64,000 bases of DNA from Candidatus Eiseniibacteriota bacterium (GTDB taxonomy: Bacteria; ARS69), in assembly GCA_052390515.1 (NCBI GenBank), contig JBQTGV010000165.1, positions 1-64,000 of the forward strand. Direction: 5' to 3'. The stretch's first letter is position 1. Each line of letters begins with the position of its first letter. The notes beneath the pieces are model-generated. The model saw only the letters and a list, made by a program, of their open reading frames with translations. It was not told the DNA's origin and ran no database searches. A program made the position numbers and the translations under genes. Below, piece by piece: positions 48,670-58,714 of the stretch.

Positions 48670-49662
48670 TCACGTGGCACCCGTCCGGATCGGTTCGCTG
48701 GAAAGCTGGACGAGCCGCGGAACCTCCCGAGCGGGGAGGTATCCGAATCGAGACACGAGGCGCTGGCCGCGCCCGCTCGAAACGTAGGTCACGAACCCCG
48801 AGGTCAGCGCACCGGAATCGCGCCGGCTCGAAGCGTACAGGTAGTGGAACAGAGGGTAGTCCCCGGCGGCGACGTCGCGGGCAGTGGCGGCGACGGCCGC
48901 CGGCGAGGACGGGCCGCGAACACCGACGAGACGCGCGCCCCGCGAGGCGATCTCCACCGGCAGCGCGAGAGTGCTGGCCAGCCCGATGGACGAGGGGTCC
49001 GCTGCGACTGCGGCCAGCACGTCGTCCTCGCTCTCCACCCAGTGCAGCCCGGCGGGGACCGCTTCGGGCAGCCCCAGCTGCGAGAGCACGGAGGTCCACA
49101 GCCCGCGGTTGGGATCGGGCACGTAAAGGCGCTCGGGGTCGAGCGGGCCCGGGTGCCCCGCGAGCACGCGTCGCAGATCCTCGAGGGACAGCGACTCGAA
49201 CGCGCTCGGGGTGCCGGCGAGCACGGCGACGCCTCCCAGTGCGATGGGGAAGGTGAGGACGGAGTCGCCACGCTCCCGGATGATCCTCGCCTCGTGGTCG
49301 GTCGGCGGCCGCCCGAGGAAGGCGACGTCCGCGCGCCCGTTCAGCAGATCCTCCAGCGCGTGCGTGGTTCCTCCCGGCCGTGCGGTCACCTCGACGTCGG
49401 GGTACTCGCGCCGATACTGCTCGACGAGCCTCGCCACCAGGTCGGGCGCGAGGCTCGTGCCGGAGACGACGAGCGTCGTGTCGACCGGGGAGAACAGCTG
49501 CGGCTTGGGCAGGTCGGGCCGCAGGCCCGGCACCACGCGGAACAACAGCAGGGCGAGGGCGGCCGTCGTGTAGATGCCCACGCGGATCCACAGCAACGCG
49601 CGGCCCGAGCGCGGCGCGTACCGTCTCGAGTCCGGGACTCCGAAGCGGCGCAGCCATCCCAC
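48670..49662 (-). CDS. PstS-like substrate-binding-domain protein
   Basis: VSGTS, GGTTHAL, PIALGGVAVL and GDYPLFHYLY motifs; N-terminal TM helix; start uncertain. Confidence 0.75.
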   Translation of the reverse strand: MGWLRRFGVPDSRRYAPRSGRALLWIRVGIYTTAALALLLFRVVPGLRPDLPKPQLFSPVDTTLVVSGTSLAPDLVARLVEQYRREYPDVEVTARPGGTTHALEDLLNGRADVAFLGRPPTDHEARIIRERGDSVLTFPIALGGVAVLAGTPSAFESLSLEDLRRVLAGHPGPLDPERLYVPDPNRGLWTSVLSQLGLPEAVPAGLHWVESEDDVLAAVAADPSSIGLASTLALPVEIASRGARLVGVRGPSSPAAVAATARDVAAGDYPLFHYLYASSRRDSGALTSGFVTYVSSGRGQRLVSRFGYLPAREVPRLVQLSSEPIRTGAT

Positions 49663-49872
49663 GGTGCACTCCCCGGGACCGAGTCCCGTTGCAGGCGGGC
49701 GAATTATGCCCACGAATGAAGGTACCCGCCAGGATTCGGCGAGATCCGTGGACGGGGGCGCACGGGCGTCGGCGGCGCGCACGGCCGGTGGCGACCCGCC
49801 CGCGTAAGCCCCTGATTCCACTTCAGATGACAGGCGCCAGCGCGGGATTCTGTCAGACCGCGGAGGGCCCTG

Positions 49873-50634
49873 TCAAGGCGCCGCTGTCGCCTGGGGGTGC
49901 CGGACGAGGATCTCGATGCGGCGGTTCCGCGGATCGAGCGGGTTCTCGGGGAAGCGGAGTTGGGTCGAGGCGTATCCGCCGACCGCGGTCAGACGGGTCG
50001 CGGCCACGCCGGAGGACTCCAGCACGCGCCGGGCGGCGTTCGCCCGATCGGTGGAGAGCTCCCAGTTCGTGTAGGTCGATCCGCCCGGGTAGGTCTTGGC
50101 GTCGGTGTGCCCCTCGAGGATCACGTCGTACTCCATCGGCGCGATGATCTTCCCGATCGCCTGGAGGACGCGGCTCCCCTTCTCCGAGAGGGCGGCGCTG
50201 CCCAGCCCGAAGAAGCTGCTCTCGTCGGCCTCGCGCAGTTGGATGCGCAGCCCCGCGGGCTCCACCTCGGCGACGATCTCGCCGTCGAGCTCCTGCAGCC
50301 GCTCGAGCTCCTTCAGCATGAGCTGGATCTCCAGCGCCTTCTTCTTCAGGAGCTCCTCGACTTCGCCCTCCTCCGGCTGCACCTCGACGGCGAGGTCCGG
50401 TGAACCGGCGAGCATCCCCGAGCCGGACGCCACCTTGTCGGAGAAACCGATCGGGTCGGCGAAGTAGGCGGCGACGTTCTCGCGCACCTCGGGTCCCTGG
50501 GAGATCAGCCACATCACCAGGAAGAACGCCATCATCGCGGTGACGAGATCGGCGTAGGCCACCTTCCACGCGCCGCCGTGGTGGTCGTCGTGGGAGGTCG
50601 CCTTCTTCTTGATGATGATGCGGATGTTGGACAT
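49873..50634 (-). CDS. motB: Stator subunit MotB
   Basis: HGGAWKVAYADLVTAMMAFFLVMW with the conserved Asp; OmpA-like EGHTD, NWELS..RA and NRRIEI. Confidence 0.93.
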   Translation of the reverse strand: MSNIRIIIKKKATSHDDHHGGAWKVAYADLVTAMMAFFLVMWLISQGPEVRENVAAYFADPIGFSDKVASGSGMLAGSPDLAVEVQPEEGEVEELLKKKALEIQLMLKELERLQELDGEIVAEVEPAGLRIQLREADESSFFGLGSAALSEKGSRVLQAIGKIIAPMEYDVILEGHTDAKTYPGGSTYTNWELSTDRANAARRVLESSGVAATRLTAVGGYASTQLRFPENPLDPRNRRIEILVRHPQATAAP

Positions 50635-50646
50635 GGGGCGCTCGGC

Positions 50647-51519
50647 TCAGGCGGCCGAGGTGGCGCCGCGACCCGCCTTGCACGCCGTCTCGAGCTCGGC
50701 GAAGCCCGGCCGAACGTCGCTCGGCAGGGAGCGGCGAGCGAACTCCACGGCGATCGCCGGGACCGACCCGCGGGCGAAGCCCAGCAACACCTGCTTGATC
50801 GCCGTGGTGTAGCACCCCTCGGACTCGGCCTGCGCGGCGACGTTCGCGGCGAGGGGCTGCACGAACCCGTAGGAGAGCAGCACTCCGAGGAACGTGCCGA
50901 CGAGCGCCGCGCCGACGGCATGGCCGATCTCCTCCGGCGGTCCGCCGATGGCCTGCATGGTGATCACGATGCCGAGCACCGCGGCCACGATGCCGAGGCC
51001 GGGCAGCGAGTCGCCGACGGTCTGCAGCACCTTGGCGGGCTTCACCGCCTCGTGGTGATGCGTCTCCAGGTCGACGTCCATCAGGCTCTCGAGGTCGTGC
51101 GGATCGGACAGGGCGCCCGACGCGAAGAGCCGCACGGTGTCGATGAAGAACTGCACCGCGTGGTGGTTCTTCAGGAACTTGGGGTACTTGCCCATGATCG
51201 AGCTCTTGGCCGGATCGTCCACGTGCGGCTCGAGGGCGAGCGCCCCGTCGCGCCGCGCGAGCGTGAGCATCTCGTAGAGCATGACCAGCAGATCGAGGTA
51301 GTCCTTCTTGCTGGGTCCCGGGGTCATCACCTTGCCGAGCCGGGCTCCGACGGCGCGGACCACCGGCAGCGGCGTTCCCACCAGCATGGAGCCGGCCGCG
51401 GCTCCGCCGATGATGATGTACTCGTTGGGCTGCAGCAGGATGGCGAGCTGCCCGCCGTGCATGAGATAGCCGGTCAGCACCGAGCCGATGACGACCAGAA
51501 GGCCGATGATGACGATCAA
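50647..51519 (-). CDS. motA: Stator subunit MotA
   Basis: QPNEYIIIGGAA, ARRDGALALE, LPGLGIVAAVLG and ALVGTFLG motifs. Confidence 0.93.
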   Translation of the reverse strand: MIVIIGLLVVIGSVLTGYLMHGGQLAILLQPNEYIIIGGAAAGSMLVGTPLPVVRAVGARLGKVMTPGPSKKDYLDLLVMLYEMLTLARRDGALALEPHVDDPAKSSIMGKYPKFLKNHHAVQFFIDTVRLFASGALSDPHDLESLMDVDLETHHHEAVKPAKVLQTVGDSLPGLGIVAAVLGIVITMQAIGGPPEEIGHAVGAALVGTFLGVLLSYGFVQPLAANVAAQAESEGCYTTAIKQVLLGFARGSVPAIAVEFARRSLPSDVRPGFAELETACKAGRGATSAA

Positions 51520-51588
51520 CGGAGAACCCCCGAGTTCTCGTCAGTATCGGCAAGAACGGAGGGTTCTTGAGAAAGCCGGACCGGCGGG

Positions 51589-53022
51589 TCAGCGCAGACC
51601 GGCGACGGCGGCTTCGACCAATCCCTGGACGGGCCCCGGCTGGACGCCGAGCCAGACTACGACCACCAGCAGCACGAAGAGCAGGGCGCCGGCGGTCGTG
51701 GGGATGCGCGGCTCGGCCCCGGGACCGGGCCCCTCGCCGTCGGCCATGCTGACCACGATCCGTAGGTAGTAGTAGAGGCCGATCGCGCTGCCGGCGGCGA
51801 GCACGAGCACGAGGGGGAACAGCGCCGAGGCGACGCCCGCGGAGAGCACGTAGAACTTGCCGAGGAATCCGGCGGTGAGCGGAATGCCGGCGAGCGAGAG
51901 CAGGCTCACCGTGAGCACCGTGGCCAGCGCCGGACGTCGCCAGAACAGTCCGCGGAAGTCGGAGACCTGGTCCGCGTCGCGCTCCGATCCCGACAGGACG
52001 GTCACGACCCCGAACGCGGCGAGCGTGGTGGCGAAGTACGCGAGGAGGTAGAACACGGCGGCCGTCAGCGCGAGCGTCCCATCGGCGAGCACCGCGACGA
52101 GCAGGTAGCCGAAGTGCGCGATCGACGAGTACGCCAGGATGCGCTTCACGTTGGACTGCTGCAGCGCGAGGAGGTTCCCGACCAGCATCGACGCGGCGGC
52201 GATGGCGGCGAGCACGGCGAAGACGGCCGAGTCGCGGGGGAGGTCGAGCTCGCCGAGAAGACGCACGACGGCGGCGACCATGCCGCCCTTCGACACCGTG
52301 GCCACGAATGCCGTCACCGGTACCGGAGCTCCCTGGTACACGTCCGGCGTCCACAAGTGGAAGGGCACGAGCGCGAGCTTGAAGCCGACCCCCACGAGCA
52401 TGAGGGCGAGCCCGCCCACGACGAGCGGGGCGGAGGCCGGGGCGGCGCGGACCCCGTCGGCGAGCGCGGTGAACTCGAGGGCCCCGGTCTGCGCGTAGAG
52501 CAGCGCCATCCCGAAGAGCAGGAACGCCGACGACGCACCGGCGAGGACGACGTACTTGATGCCGGCCTCCGCGCAGAGCCTGGCGCTGCGCGAGTAGGCG
52601 ATCAGCCCGTACAGGGAGACGCTGAGCGTCTCCAGGCCGAGGAAGAGGGAGGCGAAGTGCGTGCTGGAGGCCAGCACGGCGGAACCCAGCGTCGCCAGCT
52701 GCAGCAGCACGTAGAACTCCTCGGGATGCTCGGGCCGCCGGTCGAGGTAGCTCCTGGCCAGGACGGTCACGACCGCCGCGGCCGCCGCCAGCGCGGCGAT
52801 GACGAGCAGGGCGAGACCGTCCATGCGCAGCAGCGGCGTGGCCTGCGGATCGAGCGCGGCCGAGGCGCGCGGCACGCTGGCGATGGTGAGGCCGAGTCCC
52901 GCGAGCGTCGCGGCGAACACCAGGCCGTGGCCGCGCCGGAACGTCAGGAGCACCAGAGTGCCCGCGGCGGAACCGGCCAGCACGAGCAGCGGAAGGAGCG
53001 GGATCGGATCGAAGGTGTTCAT
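51589..53022 (-). CDS. nuoN: NADH-quinone oxidoreductase subunit N
   Basis: EAGIKY, FKLALVPFHLWTPDVYQGAP and KRILAYSSIAH motifs. Confidence 0.95.
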   Translation of the reverse strand: MNTFDPIPLLPLLVLAGSAAGTLVLLTFRRGHGLVFAATLAGLGLTIASVPRASAALDPQATPLLRMDGLALLVIAALAAAAAVVTVLARSYLDRRPEHPEEFYVLLQLATLGSAVLASSTHFASLFLGLETLSVSLYGLIAYSRSARLCAEAGIKYVVLAGASSAFLLFGMALLYAQTGALEFTALADGVRAAPASAPLVVGGLALMLVGVGFKLALVPFHLWTPDVYQGAPVPVTAFVATVSKGGMVAAVVRLLGELDLPRDSAVFAVLAAIAAASMLVGNLLALQQSNVKRILAYSSIAHFGYLLVAVLADGTLALTAAVFYLLAYFATTLAAFGVVTVLSGSERDADQVSDFRGLFWRRPALATVLTVSLLSLAGIPLTAGFLGKFYVLSAGVASALFPLVLVLAAGSAIGLYYYLRIVVSMADGEGPGPGAEPRIPTTAGALLFVLLVVVVWLGVQPGPVQGLVEAAVAGLR

Positions 53023-53026
53023 CGGG

Positions 53027-54517
53027 TCACCGGCTCGTGAGCTGGATCGAGGCGGCCAGCTCCTGGATACGCGCGAGGGACGGATCCGCCGCGTCGAGCA
53101 CGGGCTGCGGGTAGAGCCCGAGCCAGACCAGCGCGACGGCGAGCACGGCGAGCGTCGCGGTCTCGCGCAGCGAGAGGTCGGCGATCCGCCACGCGTTCCG
53201 GTTCGGTCCCTGGAAGGACCGTTGGAAGAAGACGAGGGTGTAGAGGGTCGCGCCGATCAGCCCGAGCGTCGCCACGATGGTCCAGGTGGGATCGCGCTGG
53301 AAGGCGCCGAACAGGGTGAGCATCTCGGCGACGAAGTTGCCCATGCCGGGCAGGCCCATTCCGGCCATGGCGATGAGCAAGGCGAACGCGCCCATGCGCG
53401 GCACCACCGCGGCAAGCCCACCCATGCGGTCGATCTCGCGGGTATGGATCCGCTCCTGCAGGAGCCCCACGAGGATGAAGAGGCCGCCGGTGCTCAGCCC
53501 GTGGCAGATCATCTGCATGACGACTCCCTGCAGCGCCAACTGGTTCCCGGCGTAGATGCCGAGGAGCACGAAGCCCAGGTGGCTCACGCTCGTGTACGCC
53601 ACGAGCCGCTTGAGATCCGTTTGAGCGAACGCCATCACCGCTCCGTAAACGATGCTGATCGCGCCGAGTGCCATCGCCACCGGGCGGAACACGTCCGTGG
53701 CTTCCGGGAACAGCGGCAGGGCGAAGCGCAGCAGCCCGTACGCCCCGGTCTTGAGCAGCAGGCCGGCGAGGATCACGCTGCCCGCGGTGGGAGCCTCGGT
53801 GTGCGCGTCCGGGAGCCAGGTGTGCACCGGCAGCGAGGGCAGCTTGACCGCGAAGGCGGCGAAGAACCCGAGCATCAGCAGCACGCCGGTCCTGGCCGGA
53901 AGGGACGTGCCCAGCAGCTCCGGCGCGTCGAACGTGAGCGCCCCGGTCTGCCCGGCGTGGATGCCGGCCAGCGTGATGATCGAGATCAGCATCAGGAGGC
54001 CGCCGGACTGCGTGAACAGGAAGAACTTCGTCGCCGCGTAGACGCGCTTCTCGTGTCCCCAGATCCCGATCAGGAAGTACATGGGGACGACCATCAGTTC
54101 CCAGAAGAAGTAGAAGAGGAAGAGATCGAGCGCGAGGAACACGCCGAGCACGCCGGCCAGCACCCACATGAGATTGAAGTGGAAGAACCCGACGCGGTCC
54201 TTGATCTCGGTCCACGCGCAACCGACGGAGAGGATCCCCAGGAACAGGGTCAGCAGGACCATCAACCAGGAGAGCCCGTCCATGCCGAGGTGGAAGCCGA
54301 TGCCCAGCGCCGGGATCCACTCCAGATCGAGCTCCGCCGCCCACTCCGAGGGCAGGCCGGCGGCAGGCGGTCCGCCGCCGAGCGGCAGCGCCATCGCGAG
54401 AGCCGCCCCGAGCGCGGCCAGGCACACCCACCGGGCGAACCGCGGGAAACGGTCTCCGGCGAGGCCGGCCACGACGCCGCCCGCCAGCACGAGGAGGATC
54501 AAGCCCAGCAGGATCAT
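53027..54517 (-). CDS. nuoM: NADH-quinone oxidoreductase subunit M
   Basis: FFWELM, HTWLPDAHTEAP and LKRLVAYTSVSH motifs. Confidence 0.95.
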   Translation of the reverse strand: MILLGLILLVLAGGVVAGLAGDRFPRFARWVCLAALGAALAMALPLGGGPPAAGLPSEWAAELDLEWIPALGIGFHLGMDGLSWLMVLLTLFLGILSVGCAWTEIKDRVGFFHFNLMWVLAGVLGVFLALDLFLFYFFWELMVVPMYFLIGIWGHEKRVYAATKFFLFTQSGGLLMLISIITLAGIHAGQTGALTFDAPELLGTSLPARTGVLLMLGFFAAFAVKLPSLPVHTWLPDAHTEAPTAGSVILAGLLLKTGAYGLLRFALPLFPEATDVFRPVAMALGAISIVYGAVMAFAQTDLKRLVAYTSVSHLGFVLLGIYAGNQLALQGVVMQMICHGLSTGGLFILVGLLQERIHTREIDRMGGLAAVVPRMGAFALLIAMAGMGLPGMGNFVAEMLTLFGAFQRDPTWTIVATLGLIGATLYTLVFFQRSFQGPNRNAWRIADLSLRETATLAVLAVALVWLGLYPQPVLDAADPSLARIQELAASIQLTSR

Positions 54518-56415
54518 CGCAGCACCGCCAGGGTGAGCACGGCGAGCGCCCCCAGTCCCAAGCCCGCGGCATACCAGCGCAGGAGTCCGGTCTGGGTGCT
54601 GGCGAGGCCGGTGTTGCCGGAGCGCGTGACCGCCGCGAGCCCGCGATAGAAGAGATCGACGACGTCGTCGCGGTTGATCCGCGCCAGCGCGCTGACCGGG
54701 CGCACGAGGAGCGTGTGGTACAGCGCGTCGAAACCGAATCCCGAGAACCAGAAGCGATTCACGGCGGGCGAGAGGCCGCGGACGGCGACGTCCTGCGGAG
54801 CCTTGCCGCCGCGGAAGAGCGAGGCCGCTAGCGCGATCCCGAGAAGCACCACGACCGCGGCCATCGCCTGGAAGAGCGCTTCCGTGGCGAGACTGCCGTG
54901 TCCCTCGCCGCCGTGCCCGGGAGCGTGCGCGCCGAACGACGGCGCCAGGAAGTCGGAGAAGAGCGTGACGCCGCCGAGCGTCGCGGGGATCTCGACGAGC
55001 CCGCCGACCACCGAGAGCACGGCGAGCACCGTGAGCGGCACCATGATCCGTCGGCCCGGGCCGTGGTGCACTTCGGTCTTCGCCTCACCGGTGAACACGA
55101 CGAAGATCAAGCGGAACGTGTAAAGCGCCGTCAGGAACGCGCCGGCGATCCCCGCCAGCCACAGCCAGGGACTCCCGAGCGGGGACGACCACGCCTCCCA
55201 GAGGATCAGGTCCTTGCTGTAGAAGCCCGCGGTCACCAGCGGGAAGCCGGCGAGCGCCGCCCCGCCTACCACGAAGACGCGGTAGACCCCGGGAAGCGCC
55301 CGGGCGAGGCCGCCCATGCGGAAGATGTCCTGCTCGTGATGCAGGGCGAGGATGACCGCGCCCGCCGCGAGGAACAGGAGCGCCTTGAAGAAGGCGTGCG
55401 TCATCAGGTGGAAGACGGCGGCGGAGTAGGCTCCCACGCCGAGCGCGAGGAACATGTAGCCGATCTGGCTGATCGTCGAGTAGGCCAGCACGCGCTTGAT
55501 GTCCCGCTGGGTGAGGGCGGTGAACCCGGCGATCAGCAGGGTGAGCGCTCCGACGGTGGCGACGACGGCCTGCGCCGCCGGAGCCAGATCGTAGAGCACG
55601 TGCATCCGCGCCACCAGGTAGACGCCGGCGGTGACCATGGTCGCGGCGTGGATCAGCGCGGAAACGGGCGTCGGGCCGGCCATGGCGTCCGGGAGCCAGG
55701 TCTGCAGCGGAAGCTGCGCGGACTTCCCGACGGCACCCCCCAGCAGCAGGAGCGCCGCCGCGAGCGCCAGGGGGTGACCGACCGACCAGGTCTCGGCGGC
55801 GCGGTGCAGCAGGTCGGGGATGCGCAGCGTGCCGAGGTGCAGGAACAGGAGCATGAGCCCCACGGCCATGGCCGCGTCCCCGATGCGGGTCACCACGAAG
55901 GCCTTGCGTGCGGCGTCGGCGTTGGCCTGATCGTGGTACCAGAACCCGATGAGCAGGAAGCTGCACAGCCCCACGCCCTCCCAGCCGAGGTAGAGGAGCA
56001 GCAGGTTATCGCCCAGGACGAGCAGCAGCATGGAGGACACGAACAGGTTCATGTACGAGAAGAACGCGGCGTAGCGCGCGTCGTCGGCCATGTACTCGGT
56101 CGAGTACAGGTGGATGAAGAACCCGACTACGCTCACGACCAGCATCATCACCACGGCGAGCGGATCCAGCCGCAGCGCGATCTCCGGAGCGAAGCCGTCG
56201 ACCGCGACCCAGTGCCAGAGCACGAACGTGACGTCGTGGCCCGGCGGGGGAGAGGTCATGAAGCGGAACGCCACCAGCAGGCAGGTCAGCGCCGCGATTC
56301 CGACCGAGCCGGCGCCCAGCGCGGCGATGGTGCCGCGCGACAGGCGCGATCCCGCAAGCGCGAGGATCAGGAAGCTGGCCAGCGGCGCCGCGGGCGCGAT
56401 CCAGAGCAGTTCCAT
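54514..56415 (-). CDS. nuoL: NADH-quinone oxidoreductase subunit L
   Basis: GWEGVG and GKSAQLPLQTWLPDAMAGPTPVSALIHAATM motifs. Confidence 0.96.
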   Translation of the reverse strand: MELLWIAPAAPLASFLILALAGSRLSRGTIAALGAGSVGIAALTCLLVAFRFMTSPPPGHDVTFVLWHWVAVDGFAPEIALRLDPLAVVMMLVVSVVGFFIHLYSTEYMADDARYAAFFSYMNLFVSSMLLLVLGDNLLLLYLGWEGVGLCSFLLIGFWYHDQANADAARKAFVVTRIGDAAMAVGLMLLFLHLGTLRIPDLLHRAAETWSVGHPLALAAALLLLGGAVGKSAQLPLQTWLPDAMAGPTPVSALIHAATMVTAGVYLVARMHVLYDLAPAAQAVVATVGALTLLIAGFTALTQRDIKRVLAYSTISQIGYMFLALGVGAYSAAVFHLMTHAFFKALLFLAAGAVILALHHEQDIFRMGGLARALPGVYRVFVVGGAALAGFPLVTAGFYSKDLILWEAWSSPLGSPWLWLAGIAGAFLTALYTFRLIFVVFTGEAKTEVHHGPGRRIMVPLTVLAVLSVVGGLVEIPATLGGVTLFSDFLAPSFGAHAPGHGGEGHGSLATEALFQAMAAVVVLLGIALAASLFRGGKAPQDVAVRGLSPAVNRFWFSGFGFDALYHTLLVRPVSALARINRDDVVDLFYRGLAAVTRSGNTGLASTQTGLLRWYAAGLGLGALAVLTLAVLR

Positions 56416-56723
56416 CAGCCCCTCATCTGACTCGCGCTGTCCGAGTCGAGCGTCTGGAAGCGCTGGTGAAGGAGGATGACGAGCGCGAGTCCCACGGACA
56501 CCTCCGCCGCGGCCATGGCCAGGATGAACAGGAACATCACCTGACCGTCGGCGGCGCCCCAGCGGGATCCCGCCGCCACGAAGGCGAGGCCGGCCGCGTT
56601 CAGCATGATCTCCACCGAGATCAGCATGAAGATCAGGTTGCGGCGGACGAGGAGGCTCGCAAGCCCGATGCCGAAGAGCACTGCGGCGACGGCCAGCACC
56701 GCGGGCAAGGAGACCGGCGTCAT
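56415..56723 (-). CDS. nuoK: NADH-quinone oxidoreductase subunit K
   Basis: [16 protein letters not shown] and [10 protein letters not shown] motifs. Confidence 0.95.
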   Translation of the reverse strand: MTPVSLPAVLAVAAVLFGIGLASLLVRRNLIFMLISVEIMLNAAGLAFVAAGSRWGAADGQVMFLFILAMAAAEVSVGLALVILLHQRFQTLDSDSASQMRG

Positions 56724-57232
56724 CGGTCCTGCCTCCTCGAAGTCGACTGCGGCCGGCCCAGGTGATACGCGCCCACCAGTCCGGCGAGCAGGAGCATCGA
56801 GGCGATCTCCACCGCGAGGACGTAAGGGCCGAACAGCGCGATGCCCACTTCCTTGGGACCGACCTCGATGACCCCCGTGGCCGCGCTGCCTGCGCGGAGG
56901 AAGATCCACACCATCTCGACGGCCAGGACGAGCGCGAGGAGACTCGGGCCGATCCACATGCTTGCGCCGAAGCGCCGCCGCTCCTCGTCCACCGCGGCGT
57001 GCCCGAGGTTCAGCAGCATCACCGCGAAGAGGAACAGCACGATGATGGCGCCGGCGTAGACGATGACCTCGAGCACCGCGACGAACGGCGCTCCGAGCAA
57101 CAGGAACAGGAACGCCGCGGCGAACAAGGAGACGACGAAGTAGAGGAGCGCATGGACGGCGTTCGCCCGCGTCACCGCGAACAACGTGGCGATGACGGCC
57201 ACCACCGACGTCAGCAGGAAGAGCGCGCTCAC
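56720..57232 (-). CDS. nuoJ: NADH-quinone oxidoreductase subunit J
   Basis: NAVHALL and [15 protein letters not shown] motifs. Confidence 0.94.
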   Translation of the reverse strand: MSALFLLTSVVAVIATLFAVTRANAVHALLYFVVSLFAAAFLFLLLGAPFVAVLEVIVYAGAIIVLFLFAVMLLNLGHAAVDEERRRFGASMWIGPSLLALVLAVEMVWIFLRAGSAATGVIEVGPKEVGIALFGPYVLAVEIASMLLLAGLVGAYHLGRPQSTSRRQDR

Positions 57233-57744
57233 GGCATCAGGCTCCGCACGTCGACCGGGGGAGACTCGTTTTCCGACTCGCCCTTGTTCTTGCCGCCGAT
57301 GGCCAGCCCGGCGACGCGGTAGAAGTTGTACCCGGGGTACTTGCCCGGCCCGCTGATCAGCAGGTCCTCCTTCTCGTACACGAGGTTCTGCCGGCGATAC
57401 TCGCCCATCTCGAAATCCGGGGTCAGCTGGATGGCGTACGTGGGACAGGCCTCCTCGCAGAACCCGCAGAAGATGCAGCGGGAGAAGTTGATGCGGAACG
57501 TCTCCGGATAGCGGCGCCCGGTCGGATCCTCCGTGGCTTGCAGCGCGATGCAGTCCACCGGGCAGGCCACTGCGCACAGGTAGCACGCGACGCAGCGCTC
57601 CTCGCCGTCGGGATCCCGGGAGAGGATGATTCGTCCCCGCCAGCGCGCGGGGAGCCTCGGCTTCTGTTCCGGATACATCACCGTGATCTTGCGGGCGAAG
57701 ATCTGGATGAAAACCTTCCACAGGGTAGCCAGGATGCTCAGCAT
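57229..57744 (-). CDS. nuoI: NADH-quinone oxidoreductase subunit I
   Basis: [12 protein letters not shown] and [12 protein letters not shown], binding two 4Fe-4S clusters. Confidence 0.96.
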   Translation of the reverse strand: MLSILATLWKVFIQIFARKITVMYPEQKPRLPARWRGRIILSRDPDGEERCVACYLCAVACPVDCIALQATEDPTGRRYPETFRINFSRCIFCGFCEEACPTYAIQLTPDFEMGEYRRQNLVYEKEDLLISGPGKYPGYNFYRVAGLAIGGKNKGESENESPPVDVRSLMP

Positions 57745-57760
57745 GCTCCGCTCGCTTCCG

Positions 57761-58714
57761 TCATCGCATCAGCACCCAGGCGCCCGTGATCAGCAGGTTC
57801 AGCAGCGTGAGGGGGAGCATCACCTTCCAGCCGAAGGCCATGAACTGGTCGTAGCGCGGGCGCGGCAGCGCGGCTCGCAGCAGGATGAAGAAGCAGATGA
57901 ACCCCATCGTCTTGATCAGGAACCAGGCGATCGGCGGGAGGAACGCCGGGCCCAGCCAGCCGCCCAGGAAGAGGATGGTCAGCAGGGCCGACACGAGGAT
58001 CATTCCCAGGTACTCGCCGAGGAAGAACATGGCGAACTTCATGCCCGAGTACTCGGCGTGGTAGCCGGCGACGAGCTCGCTCTCCGCTTCGGGTAGGTCG
58101 AAGGGCATGCGGTGCGTCTCGGCCAGCCCCGCGATCATGAACACCACGAACGCGATGATCTGCGGAAACACGAACCAGCCGTCCTTCTGCGCCTCCACGA
58201 TGTCGCCGAGGCGGAACGAGCCGGTGAGCAGCACGACGCCGATCATGGAGAGCCCCATGAAGACCTCGTAGCTGATCATCTGCGCCGCGGAGCGCATCCC
58301 GCCGAGCAGCGCGTACTTGCTCTGCGAGGCCCAGCCGGCGAGCACGACGCTGTAGGCGCCGAGCGAAGACATGGCCAGGAAGAAGAGGATGCCGATGTCC
58401 AGGTCGGCCACGACGATGCCCGGCGCCACCGGGATGATCGCGAAGGACATGAGCGTGGCGAAGACCGCGATCATCGGCGCGAGCACGAACACCGGCTTGT
58501 CCGAGAACGGCGGAATCCAGTCTTCCTTGGAGAGCAGCTTGAGCATGTCGGCCAGCACCTGCAGCAGACCGAACGGTCCCACGCGGTTGGGACCGTAGCG
58601 CTCCTGCCACATGGCGAGAAGCCTTCGCTCCACCCAGATCAGCCCCGCCGCCATGGTCTGCGCTGCGACGAGGACCCCGGCGACGGTGACGAGGGATTGC
58701 ACGAAAGGACTCAT
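57761..58714 (-). CDS. nuoH: NADH-quinone oxidoreductase subunit H
   Basis: ERRLL...RYGPNRVG and [21 protein letters not shown] motifs. Confidence 0.96.
   Translation of the reverse strand: MSPFVQSLVTVAGVLVAAQTMAAGLIWVERRLLAMWQERYGPNRVGPFGLLQVLADMLKLLSKEDWIPPFSDKPVFVLAPMIAVFATLMSFAIIPVAPGIVVADLDIGILFFLAMSSLGAYSVVLAGWASQSKYALLGGMRSAAQMISYEVFMGLSMIGVVLLTGSFRLGDIVEAQKDGWFVFPQIIAFVVFMIAGLAETHRMPFDLPEAESELVAGYHAEYSGMKFAMFFLGEYLGMILVSALLTILFLGGWLGPAFLPPIAWFLIKTMGFICFFILLRAALPRPRYDQFMAFGWKVMLPLTLLNLLITGAWVLMR

Noticed and set aside
48670-49662. Phosphate ABC uptake system
   Set aside because: No pstC, pstA, pstB or phoU nearby, and the binding protein is divergent.
49873-51519. Zorya (ZorAB) anti-phage system
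   Set aside because: The MotA is 290 aa with no long ZorA tail, both proteins carry flagellar-stator motifs, and no zorC, zorD or zorE is adjacent.
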